A DNA stretch of 63,166 nt, counting the filler, from Octopus bimaculoides (taxonomy: Eukaryota): NCBI RefSeq assembly GCF_001194135.2. It is 5 parts of 5 records of this genome, joined end to end, with 100 filler letters (N's around TTAATTAATTAA, not from the genome) between each part and the next. Parts side by side here need not be neighbours in the genome. Positions count along the whole stretch, not along the records: positions 35,352 to 58,696 come from NC_068984.1; 4 more parts are not named here. One strand, written 5' to 3'. Shown here in pieces: positions 41,841 through 54,473 of the stretch. The translations under genes were made by a program, and so were the position numbers. Each line of letters starts with the position of its first letter. Position 1 is the stretch's first letter. The notes under the pieces are model-generated. The model was not told the origin of the DNA, made no database searches, and saw only the letters and a list, made by a program, of their open reading frames with translations.

Positions 41841-42447
41841 TTTAAAAATATGTGCTTATGCATTTGATCAGTTACATGACAAATAATTTTGTCTTATGCA
41901 ACAAAGAAAATAAATTGCCAAGAAAATATTTAGTGTGGACCTTTAGATTCTCTACCCTTGGTTTCAGCTAATTCATTCAATTATGATAACTAAAACTTCC
42001 TATGGCTTTTAAATTTCTATCATTTCAATTGTCTCCCTTTGTAATTGTACTTTGTAGAGTTTGACACTGATAGAGTCAAGCCTAATGCCTATTAAAATAT
42101 AATACTGCAGCGTTAATAAATTTGTAGCAGAAACACACTTTATTAGTTAGCGCTGTGTCAGTGACAACAAAGGAGAAGGTTGAGCTGTATGTGCTATTGT
42201 GTGTCTGTACATGGCGACCATGGTTATTATTCCTGTAAAACTTTGAACCCAGAACTAAGAGTGGTAGTGACGGAGGTGTTGAGGGTAAGAAGCATATTAA
42301 AATGATTTTATAGTATTAGGATGCATACTTGATTCAGCTATAATGATAATGATGATAGTAAATAGGAATAATTAATGTTTTATTTGGTGGATATCTGCAC
42401 ACTTGTAGAGGAATAAATCTCAATACATTACTCAGTACATTACTATA

Positions 42448-42835
42448 CTCTTTACTCTTTTACTTGTTTCAGTCATTTGACTGCGGCCATGCTGGAGCAC
42501 TGCCTTTAGTCGAGAAAATCGACCCCAAGACTTATTCTTTGTAAGCTTAGTACTTATTCTATCGGTCTCTTTTTTGCCGAACTGCTAAGTTACGGGGATG
42601 TAAACACACCAGCATCGGTTGTCAAGCAATGGTGGGGGGACAAACACACATACATACATATATATATATATACAACGGGCTTCTTTCAGTTTCCGTCTAC
42701 CAAATCCACTCACAAGGCTTTAGTGGGCCCGAGGTTATAGTAGAAGACACTTGCCCAAGGTGCCACGCAGTGGGATTGAACCCGAAACCATGTGGTTGGT
42801 AAGCAAACTACTTACCACACAGCCACTCCTGTGCC
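42448..42835 (-). mobile_element. Full-length family-B SINE
   Basis: Complete head (cacacagccactcc on +), internal (CA/TA)n and (ctcttttac) tail. Confidence 0.85.
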
Positions 42836-43382
42836 TATGTATGTTTGTGATGGCTTAGTGGTTAGGGTATTCAGCTCATGGTCATGAGTTCAATTGCTGG
42901 TGACACGTGTCCTTGAGCAAGACACTTTATTTCATATTGCTCAATTCAACTCAACTGGCAAAAATGAGTAGTACCTGTATTTCAAAGGGCCAGCCTCATC
43001 ACACTCTGTGTCATACTGAATCTCCCTGGGAACTATGTTAAGGGTACACATGTCACCCTTGTTGTCATAACCGATGGAGTGCCATATGTATGTGTTCTAA
43101 CACACACTTGTGTATACATATACATAGTGTATGTAACTCAATGAATGCAATTTAAACTGTTAAATTAAAACCATAGCATTGGCAGTCATGCTATGGAGTC
43201 ACTGCAATGACAATGTTCACCTTGCTTTTATATATACATACATATATATATATTCATTTAAAATACAGAGATGCCTATAATAGGACATCTGACCCGCTAG
43301 AAAGAGCAGCAAAAAAACTCTATACCACAAAAATAGGAATAATTTCGAAAGGGAATGAAAAATAAAAACATTTACCAATCTA

Positions 43383-43460
43383 TATTCCGTACCATGGTTT
43401 CAAGTTATTTTAGCAAGATAAAAATATACCTTACAAGGTCAAACTATCTTCAGCGGAATA
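43383..43460 (-). ncRNA. Type I hammerhead ribozyme, mirror copy in the left arm
   Basis: Reverse complement of 43858-43935 with identical core. Confidence 0.7.
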
Positions 43461-43857
43461 ACCAGATCACATATAAACACGAGTCATAGGGAACATGGCT
43501 TATGTTTATATGTTAATTTTTCAAAATTTACCGCGCATGTGCGCTTTACCTTATCGGTAGCAAATACAAAAATGCTGATTTTCTTTCAGAAATTAGCCAA
43601 AAAATATTNNNNNNNNNNTATCATTATTAATAACAGTAAGTATACCACTGGTGGTAAATAAAATTTCTAAAAATTTTTTTGCTGCCCTATAATTTATCAA
43701 TAATGATAAAATATTTTTTGGCTAATTTCTGAAAGAAAATCAGCATTTTTGTATTTGCTGCCGATAAGGTAAAGCGCACATGCGCGGTAAATTTTGAAAA
43801 ATTAACTTATAAACATAAGCCATATTTCCTATGACTCGTGTTTATATGTGATCTGGT

Positions 43858-43935
43858 TATTCCGCTGAAGATAGTTTGACCTTGTAAGGTATATTTTTAT
43901 CTTGCTAAAATAACTTGAAACCATGGTACGGAATA
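43858..43935 (+). ncRNA. Type I hammerhead ribozyme with expanded stem II
   Basis: UAUUCCG/CGGAAUA 7-bp stem I, CUGAAGA at 43865-43871, AGUU/AACU stem II base with internal ACCUU-GU-AAGGU hairpin, GAAAC at 43917-43921, CAUG loop, GUA cleavage triplet. Palindrome ACCAUGGU. Confidence 0.75.
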
Positions 43936-45951
43936 TAGATTGGTAAATGTTTTTATTTTTCATTCCCTTTCGAAATTATTCCTATTTTTGTGGTATAGAG
44001 TTTTTTGCTGCTCTTTCTAGCGGGTCAGATGTCCTATTATAGGCATCTCTGTATTCTAAATGAATAATATATAGTCTATTGACTGATTTTTATTCTCGCT
44101 AGACCACCGGTGGTAAATAAAATTTCTAAAATTTTTTTTGCTGCACTATAATTTATTAATAATGATACATATATATATATATATGTGTGTGTGTGTGTTG
44201 TGTTATCAACACAAGTCTGTAAACAGATTTTATCTCAAGCAATTCTGCAGCTTCATGCTTTCTAACCACTAGTGTATTTAGAGTGTGTGCCGTTTGGGGC
44301 AGCCCTTCCATTTGCCGCCCCCAGACCCCACAAAAATCACATATTGCCTACAGTAGACTCAAAAGTGGTGCCCCATTAAAAGTGCCACCCCTATCGTCCC
44401 CACAGCTATGCTAATGCTTCTAACACTGTATATACATTTAGAATGAATCACAGATGGTAATTTTAATTTAATGCTCTTTCAATTGCACATAGTGAATTTT
44501 TTTCTGCAGTCCAGAAACTTTAGCAGTATCAGTGAATATTTTATTCATTGTTCCTTCATATCAAGGCATGAATTTTGTTCAACCTTTTAGCATTCAGATT
44601 ACTCTGTCAAATGTAATGCTTACTTAATGTGATTCTTTATTTTTAAAGTGACATTGTTGGATAGGTGTGAGAAGCTGGATCTGACCAGATTAAACATAAA
44701 ACAGGTTGAATATTTGAGCCAAATATGGCTGGCTTAACTCCTTAAGGGTTAAGCATGTGACAAGTGAGGGAATAAAATTGTCAAGACTTTGCAGCTGAGT
44801 TTTGGTAAACAATACTGTTACATAAGAATTCTTTACTGTTTCTTATGGCAATATAAGCTATTCTTGAGTTTTAAGATGCCCAGGTGTGATTTAAGGGAAT
44901 TTTCACTGCCATTTCTGCCAGATTATAAAGATCATGTAGAATTTCCCTCACTGGGCTCTTTCACATTTGGTTAACTACAGGAGAGAACAATTATAGTTCA
45001 CGTTGAGTTATTAATGCTAATTAATGATTTGAAAGTTTAGAGAGAAGAAAAGATATTATAGTTTTTATGAGCTAAGCAGTGAAGCAATATAAGCTGAGCT
45101 TTTGCTTTACTCAGTTTTCCATTTAAGATGTATCATACTATTTTAAAATAGTGTCATATGCACTTTTTTCATGAAAAGGAAATGAAAAAAAAAAAAAAGA
45201 GATCATGTGATTTCCACTGTGTTGATTTCACAACAGATGCACTTTCACTACAGACTGTACTAGTAATCTTCAAATGTCACTTTTTGTTTCAAATGTGTGA
45301 ACTTTCCAAAATATTATACAGCAATTATAATAAATATGACTAACCACTTCTTTTACCATGCATTGTAATACAAAAGAAAAGTTGGTGCACATTATCTGTG
45401 AGAAATATTTTTTACTGGGATTTCATAGCTCATAATTACAAGGGTACATTATACACAAGTATGTATTATAGGTGAATAAACATGGTAATAGTTTTGTATA
45501 AACTAACGTAACAGAGAAAATGTCATTTGTGCATATGAATGTAATAAATCAGCGATATTTTGTTAGTGTTGAATAAAGCAATATTTACAACAAGAATAAA
45601 TCTCACTAGAGACAAGACCTCATTGGAGATCATAGCTGATGGTAATGGTGAGAGTGAGGTGTATATTGATTTGATGGTAGGAGTGAAAACACTCATTAGG
45701 TGTAGTGAGAGGAAGCTAAGTGTACCTTAGTAGATAGTATGATATCATGTATACTTACTGTAATGTTTGTGTGTGCATAGCTATTTCATGAGGTGTCTCT
45801 GCGATCATATATACATACATATATATATATATACAAATAATATGAGTATATGCATATATATGTACATGTATGTACATACCTTCATCTACATGTATATATA
45901 GATGCATATCTGGGTACATGACGTTGCAAAAAAAACATGGACAAAATGATA

Positions 45952-45989
<38 letters not shown>

Positions 45990-47409
45990 CATATATGTAC
46001 ATACATACGTATATATGCATATATGGGTACAGGANNNNNNNNNNNNNNNNNNNNNNNNNNNNNNNNNNNNNNNNNNNNNNNNNNNNNNNNNNNNNNNNNN
46101 NNNNNNNNNNNNNNNNNNNNNNNNNNNNNNNNNNNNNNNNNNNNNNNNNNNNNNNNNNNNNNNNNNNNNNNNNNNNNNNNNNNNNNNNNNNNNNNNNNNN
46201 NNNNNNNNNNNNNNNNNNNNNNNNNNNNNNNNNNNNNNNNNNNNNNNNNNNNNNNNNNNNNNNNNNNNNNNNNNNNNNNNNNNNNNNNNNNNNNNNNNNN
46301 NNNNNNNNNNNNNNNNNNNNNNNNNNNNNNNNNNNNNNNNNNNNNNNNNNNNNNNNNNNNNNNNNNNNNNNNNNNNNNNNNNNNNNNNNNNNNNNNNNNN
46401 NNNNNNNNNNNNNNNNNNNNNNNNNNNNNNNNNNNNNNNNNNNNNNNNNNNNNNNNNNNNNNNAAACTAAATTAAATAAATCCCTGTACATGACTGGTAC
46501 TTTATTAGTAACCTTGGAAGAATGAAAGATAAAATCAACTGCTGGGGGATTTGAACTCAGAATGTAATGGTCTGTACCTAAATACCACTAGGTATTTTGG
46601 CTGACGCATTTGAATATATTTTATCATACCAAGAAGGATAAAAAGTAATGTTGATTTTGGCAGAATTTGAACACAGAATGTAAAGAGGTTGAACAAATAC
46701 TGCAAAGCATTTGGTTCAAAACATTCTAATGTTCTGTCATTTTAAGGCAGTAAATTTACTGCCAATTTACTGTTTTAAAAAGGCATAAATTTTAGAGAGG
46801 GAGTTAGCAGAAGTACCAAACTTCATCACTGAGAAGATAAAAAATGAAGTCAGCCGTTGCAGGATTTGAACCCACTATGTAAAAAACCAAAACAAATACT
46901 GCTGAATATTTCATGACATTCTAACCATTTGCCAGTTCACTGTTCTTATTGTTGTCTCAGCATAAATGAGTCCCTTGAGAGGCAGTTCTTATCTCCTGTT
47001 TCACAAAGAAAAGCAGATAAGAAGAGATGCTTCTCTTAGAAAAGATGTAAGTCTATCAGAACTTATGTTTCTCATGTGATCTGGTAACTATTTGTGATTG
47101 TGAGCAAGATGAATTGAGAGAAAATGGACCAACATGCTCTCCTCTGAAATACACAACAAAATGCCAGAACTGGATTTGAACCAATGACCCATGTATGGAT
47201 CATCATCATATAACATTCATGTTTCTTGTTGGTATGGGATAGATGGTTTGATAAGATCTGATTGGTCCAATGACTGTATCATGTTCCAAAGTCTGCTTTG
47301 GCATGGTTTTTCTACAGCCAAATACTCTTCTTAACACCAATACCAACCACTTTACAGTATGAACTGGGTGATTTTTTTTAAAGACATTAGCATCAGTGAA
47401 GGTCACTAC

Positions 47410-48120
47410 AAAGCTCACTAGACTAAAATCTGCTCTGACTGAATGAGGCTATAGTTGAAGAAGATGTGGCTTTATACTTGGAGATGAGAGGCTGTATGAG
47501 AAAGTGGCCAGAGCAGAAGTTTCCTTGCTGTAGAGGAGCTCATGGCTAGGTATTATACTTCAATATATCAACCATTCACCATGGAGCTCACAAGGCTTAC
47601 ATTCCCTTCAATTGAGGGGGGCTACAGTAGAAAGAGAGACTGTGTTGTGCTTGGAAATGTGGGGGCGAAATGTAAGAGAAAGGGCTAGACTTGAATAGGC
47701 TTCTTGCTGTAAAGGTGCAACATGTCTAAGTGTTATATTTCAATGTTATCCATTCACTGTGGAGCTCACAAAACTAGTATTCCTTTTGAGTGAATGAGGC
47801 TATAGTAGAGAGAGAGAGAGAGGCTGCATTGTGCTTGAAAATATGGGGCCAAAATGTGAGAGAAGGGACTTGAATAGAATAAGTTTCTTGCAGTGGATGA
47901 GCCACATGGCTAGGTATTATGTCTCAATATATTGTCAGTTCACATGAAGCTCAAGACTAAAATTCCTTTTGACTGAGTGGGCTGCAGCAAAAAAAGAGGC
48001 TACTTTATGCTTGGAAATGAGGGGTTAACATGTGAGAGAAAGGGGCTGGAACAAAACAGATTTCTTGCTGTAGAGGAGTTATGTGGCTAAGTATTATATT
48101 CCAATATGTTATCCATTCAG
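47410..48120. repeat. Diverged tandem repeat, about 4 x ~185 bp
   Basis: Recurring tgaggctatag / tgcttggaaat / tttcttgctgtagaggag / ggctaggtattat / ccattca / gagctcacaa blocks. Confidence 0.85.
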
Positions 48121-48196
48121 CCACTTGATCCTTTATGGTAGGTTGTTGTGCAAATAACACAGTGATAGAAATATTTTGAGGGAAAAACATACATAC

Positions 48197-48315
48197 CAGG
48201 TTGGATAAACTCTGGAGCATATTCTTTAGCTTTCATACGTGCAATATCTGAGTCCTGACCAGCCAATGACGCAGCATGATCAGCTTGCTCTGATTTTGAA
48301 CGGGCATTAGCCATT
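48197..48315 (-). CDS. JPH: Junctophilin internal coding exon (alpha-helical region after the MORN repeats)
   Basis: Acceptor tttgtcttttgcag and donor G|gtatgt. 119 bp, phase 2 in and phase 1 out, encoding (R)MANARSKSEQADHAASLAGQDSDIARMKAKEYAPEFIQP(G). This matches the junctophilin segment [41 protein letters not shown] of vertebrate JPH2 (recalled, not searched). Confidence 0.85.
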
Positions 48316-48781
48316 CTGCAAAAAGACAAAACAAAAAAAAAAAATAGATATAAATAAAAGAAAGATTAAAAAAAAAATTCTATGTAATACTGAGATAACA
48401 CAGTACAATCATTATGAAATGAGAATACTATATCACTTAGGTATAACATTGAAATAAATTTATATTTGATACAGTATGGAAGCAGTAAATATGGTCTGGA
48501 TGGAATCTCATTGCATTGGATATAACATGAAAATTTGAAAATACAAGCCTGATATAACATAAGAAATATCCAGCAAAGAGAAATATGATATACTATGAAA
48601 GTCATAAATATAAACTGGATATAGCATGGATGACGGTAAATATTAGCAAGATGGGCAACAGAGGTTTGTATATGTAAATGAGATAATATCGAGGAAAGTA
48701 AGTAAATATAATTATACAGTGTAGACATGGAAACCAAGGATTGTATGTGTACACACATGTATGCGTATGTGTGAGTGTGTG

Positions 48782-48834
<53 letters not shown>

Positions 48835-48910
48835 ATATATGGATGCATATATAATTATTTGCTGATACATATATATACATTATAAATATATATCTATACA
48901 GATATGTGTG

Positions 48911-48992
<82 letters not shown>

Positions 48993-49366
48993 AGGATTGC
49001 TTCAATATTTCAGGGGTAGTCTGAAGTATCTAAGCAACCAGAGGATAGTTAAATCCGAAGCACTCCTGGAAATTACTTGTGTGGGTACTATCTTTATTAG
49101 AAGGTATATATATATAAAATAAATAATTCCTTCTTGAGTCATATCAGGCTTATGAGGGCTGGTTTCTAGGTTTCTATGGTGTAGATATTCCCCACCTGGA
49201 TGGGATGCCAGTCCTTTGCAGGATTACTCATTTTTACCAGCTGAGTGGACAGGAGCAATGTGAAATGAAGTGTTTTGCCCAAGAACTCAAAGCACCGCTC
49301 GGTCCAGCAATTGAAGCCACAATCTTATGATCATGAGTCCAACATCCTAACCACTAAGCCACATGA

Positions 49367-49415
<49 letters not shown>

Positions 49416-49509
49416 TATGGGGCAGTATGATCTGCTTGAGAAGACTTGTTGAGTCAAGTAAAACCAATATCACAGCTGTGGCCAGTGCCCCTTGACTGGA
49501 TCCTGTGTC

Positions 49510-49860
49510 AGTGACACGTAAAAAAGCACCATCCAAATGTGGTTGATGCCAGGTCTGCCTGACTGGCTCCCATGTCGGTGGCACATAAAAAGCACTATCC
49601 AAACATGATCGATGTTAGGACTGGCTGATTGGCCCCTGTGCTGGTGGCACGTAAAAAGCAACATCCAAATGTGGCCGATGCCAGTACCCCCTGACTGGCT
49701 CCCGTGCTGGTAGCATGTAAAAAGCACCATCCGAACATGGCTGATGCCAGTACCCCGTGCTGGTGGCACGTAAAAAGCACTATCCGAATGTGATCAATGC
49801 CAGGCCCGCATGACTGGCTCTTGTGCTGGTGGCACATAAAACGCACCCACTACACTCTCG
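49510..49860 (+). repeat. ~66-bp minisatellite (5-6 units) inside an RTE-tailed SINE
   Basis: Repeating gtggcacgtaaaaagcaccatcc...gatgccag...gactggctcccgtgctg. Confidence 0.85.
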
Positions 49861-50042
49861 GAGAGGTTGGCATTAGGAAGGGCATCCAGCTGTAGAAGCA
49901 TTGCCAAATCGGATTGGAGCCTGGTGCAGCCTCTGGCTCTCCAGACTTCAGTCAAACCATCCCCACCATGCCAGCATAGAAAACGGACATTAAACGATGA
50001 TGATGATGATGATATATATTGCTTATATGTATATACATATTA

Positions 50043-50080
<38 letters not shown>

Positions 50081-50121
50081 CTTTCTTTTATTTTCTTGGT
50101 CATATTTGCATATATGCAAAC

Positions 50122-50160
<39 letters not shown>

Positions 50161-53100
50161 CACACATGCACACAAACACACATATATACATATATAAAGA
50201 TGTAGGAAACACTCGAATAGAATAAAAAAATTCAGTTATAATATTGGCTTATGGATGTACATTCATCTTTGAAAAATAAAATCAGAATATATTTAAGAAA
50301 AAATTTTTTTTATAAAAATAAAAACCAAGGAGCAATAAAGCAAAAAATAAAAAAAAATATATATTGATAATAATGATATGTTAATACAATAGAAATATTG
50401 TTCCATCCTGATTTTGTAGAGAATAAAAGCAGGGATCAATAAACTTCTTGTACTGATTACCTTGTTGGTTGAATAGTCAAATATGATTATCTCGTCTTTA
50501 GGAAGGAGAACGAATTTCTCAACCACCACCACCACCATCATCAGTAGCAGCATCATCATCATCCTCACCCCATGCTACCACAACTCCCCATTACTACTAC
50601 TACTACCATGACAACAACAACAGCAAGCATTACTACTGCTGCTAACAACACTGTCATTACTATCAAAACTTCCACCACTACCACCACCACCACCAGTACT
50701 ACCACCACCACCATCCTTACTCCCATCAATCACACCTCCATTATTACCACCACCTACAACCACCACCACCACCACCACCACCACCACCACAACCACCACC
50801 AGTTTTATCATCACCATTGCCATCATTTGCACAAGATGTTATTAACATGTTAATTATTTCTGACCTGTTTAACATTAACGAATGGTAATTAAGAAATGTA
50901 AAAAAAAAACAAAAAAAACTATCCCCCATTAATACTGATTAAACAACAACTATTCCTTCTGTTCACAACAGCAGCAACAACACTTTCTTAATAGTCAACC
51001 ATCAAGTCTGCTATAGTTCATGCAATTTCTGCATAACACTTCCTTAACGCGATTGTGAGACATGCAAGAAATAACAGCCAAATCTCCTTCAAATCACTTC
51101 TTAATGTTTTAGATAAGGAAAGGAAATGCTGCATCTTTTATCTTGTATCTTTTACTTGTTTCAGTCATTAGATTGTGGCCATGCTGGAGCACCACCTTAA
51201 TGAATTTTTAGTTGGATAAACCAACCCCAGTACTTATTCTTTTGTTAAGCCTGGTGCTTATTTTATCAGTCTTTTTTGCCAAACTGCTAAGTTATGGGAA
51301 TGTAGACACACCAGCACCAGTTGTCAAGTGGTGGTGAAGGATAACACAGATCTCAAAGATACATGACTAGCTTCTTTCAGTTTCCATCTACCAAATCCAC
51401 TTACAAGGCTTTAGTAGCACCAACAGCAATGAGGTCACCAAATAGTTTACAACACACTTATGTGACGTTGAGCACTCATTTTCATTGTTCAATATAAACA
51501 TCATTAGGAAGGGCATCCAGCTGTAGAAACTTTGCCAGATCAGATTGGAGCCTGGTGCAGCCTTCTGGCTTGCCAGTCCTCAGTCAAACCGTCCAACCCA
51601 TGCCAGCATGGAAAGCAGACGATGATGATGATGATGATACCTATATATAAATACATGCACAAATATACATACGCACACACACACATTTATATATACACAC
51701 ACTAACACACACACATACAAACACACACACATGTATTATGCATACAAATTCAAATACAGATGTAACTCTTTGTTTACAGATCTAATGATAATACAAAGAA
51801 TTTTTGCGAAAGTGCTCCGTTTCATTGGTTCTTTCAGAAGAACTAAGAATGTTCCTCCCTGACTCAACCAACAAAACTATACACAAAAACAATAAAAGAT
51901 CAATATGATTTTCAGTTTTCTATGATTGTCACAGCGGGGAATCAGTAGAGAGGAAAATATTATTTACCAACTTGTGTTTCGGTCAATTAGCTGAAACTGA
52001 AACTGAAATGTTATGTGTGTGTGTGTGAGTGCGTGTGTGTGTGTGTGTGTGTGAGTGTGTGGTGTGTGATTTAGTATGTGAAGGCAGATCTTTAGTACAT
52101 ACAACCTAGATTTGCTAAGCAACCGAAATGGTGTAGCAATAACCATAACTGCCACAACAACAGCAACGACAACAACACTAACAATAACAACAACACAACA
52201 GCAATATATAGACAATAGAACAGCAGCAGCGAAATAGCTGTAGTAGCATTGCATTAGCAATTTACTCTCACAGCGTTATCAAACATACCTACCATCAACG
52301 GCCCTGAAATTATCAGCAGCAATATCAAGAATCATATATATANNNNNNNNNNNNNNNNNNNNNNNNNNNNNNNNNNNNNNNNNNNNNNNNNNNNNNNNNN
52401 NNNNNNNNNNNNNNNNNNNNNNNNNNNNNNNNNNNNNNNNNNNNNNNNNNNNNNNNNNNNNNNNNNNNNNNNNNNNNNNNNNNNNNNNNNNNNNNNNNNN
52501 NNNNNNNNNNNNNNNNNNNNNNNNNNNNNNNNNNNNNNNNNNNNNNNNNNNNNNNNNNNNNNNNNNNNNNNNNNNNNNNNNNNNNNNNNNNNNNNNNNNN
52601 NNNNNNNNNNNNNNNNNNNNNNNNNNNNNNNNNNNNNNNNNNNNNNNNNNNNNNNNNNNNNNNNNNNNNNNNNNNNNNNNNNNNNNNNNNNNNNNNNNNN
52701 NNNNNNNNNNNNNNNNNNNNNNNNNNNNNNNNNNNNNNNNNNNNNNNNNNNNNNNNNNNNNNNNNNNNNNNNNNNNNNNNNNNNNNNNNNNNNNNNNNNN
52801 NNNNNNNNNNNNNNNNNNNNNNNNNNNNNNNNNNNNNNNNNNNNNNNNNNNNNNNNNNNNNNNNNNNNNNNNNNNNNNNNNNNNNNNNNNNNNNNNNNNN
52901 NNNNNNNNNNNNNNNNNNNNNNNNNNNNNNNNNNNNNNNNNNNNNNNNNNNNNNNNNNNNNNNNNNNNNNNNNNNNNNNNNNNNNNNNNNNNNNNNNNNN
53001 NNNNNNNNNNNNNNNNNNNNNNNNNNNNNNNNNNNNNNNNNNNNNNNNNNNNNNNNNNNNNNNNNNNNNNNNNNNNNNNNNNNNNNNNNNNNNNNNNNNN

Positions 53101-53454
53101 NNNNNNNNNNNNNNNNNNNNNNNNNNNNNNNNNNNNNNNNNNNNNNNNNNNNNNNNNNNNNNNNNNNNNNNNNNNNNNNNNNNNNNNNNNNNNNNNNNNN
53201 NNNNNNNNNNNNNNNNNNNNNNNNNNNNNNNNNNNNNNNNNNNNNNNNNNNNNNNNNNNNNNNNNNNNNNNNNNNNNNNNNNNNNNNNNNNNNNNNNNNN
53301 NNNNNNNNNNNNNNNNNNNNNNNNNTATATATATATAATGTATATACATATATGTGTGTGTATATATACATATGCACATATATATATACATATATACATA
53401 TATTTATATACACACAAACATATATAACATATATACATATATATATTCTGCTTA

Positions 53455-53890
53455 ATACCACAGATTTGCTTGTCAGTTGTTTGACCTTAACCAGTTGAGC
53501 ACGTCCCTTGGTGGCTGACGATATGTGCATCTCTGATCATGAGCAGAAGTAGTGGGGGAGCATCATAGCCATGTGTTGAGAGGAATTCTTTGGGGTTTGA
53601 ATAATTCACCTTTGGAAACATGGGTGTTTTGCTCAACATCCTTATACAAACCTTATTCAGGGACCTTTTTAGCAGGATGAGCTACTTCACCTGAAGTAAA
53701 ATTCTAACTGGGCCCCACCTGCGAGGTCATGCGCTGTTTATCTTGATATGAGATCACCATGTCATGCACATATGGTTGTGATGCATGTGCCTGGTGTACC
53801 CTTATCAGACGGGTAGTCATGATGGGTGTACTGGGTTTCATATATTTTACTCCAATGTCACTTTGATGGCATGCACTGCTCTCTCACTCA
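53455..53890. repeat. Dispersed repeat homologous to 11465-11760 but longer
   Basis: Shared sequence blocks as listed for 11465-11760. Confidence 0.7.
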
Positions 53891-54432
53891 ATAATATTGA
53901 TAATAATAAAAATAATGCCCTGATGTAGTACCAGACAGTGGCTCTCATGGCTTGAAAGGTGCTTTTTACATACCACCAACACAGGTTCTATGTATTTCAA
54001 TCAACAATAACTAGGACAACAACAACAATTAGAATGGTAACTAACAACAACAGTTGTTCATTGACAAAGATATAGGGGGAAAAAAATCAATGTCCTAAGC
54101 TATTCTAAACAGGTGTTTATGTCTTACTAATTGTGTTGGTAATCTTAACTGATTAAGGTGTTTCAATTTTATTGTTACATATAGGAAACTCTATTGATTT
54201 TTTTTGGTGGTGGTGGGGATTCTGTAAGGAGCAGGTAAGGCTGTGTAGTTAAGAAATTCACTTTCCAGCCATGTGGTTTTAGGTTCACTACCACTGAGTG
54301 ACACCTTGAGCAAGTACCTTTTGCAATAGCCCCGGTTTGACTCAAGGTATGTGAGTAGCTTTGGTAGATGGGAATATAAGAAGCCCATGTTGTATATATA
54401 TATATGTGTATATATATATATGTATATATATA

Positions 54433-54473
<41 letters not shown>

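Larger units (their letters stand above)
43251..44167. mobile_element. Retrozyme/PLE-like element: ~459-bp monomer with terminal direct repeat plus an inverted ~373-bp copy
   Basis: 43251-43633 is the reverse complement of 43694-44066, with about six differences seen by eye. 43644-43708 is repeated at 44103-44167. Flanked by (TA)n. Confidence 0.75.
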
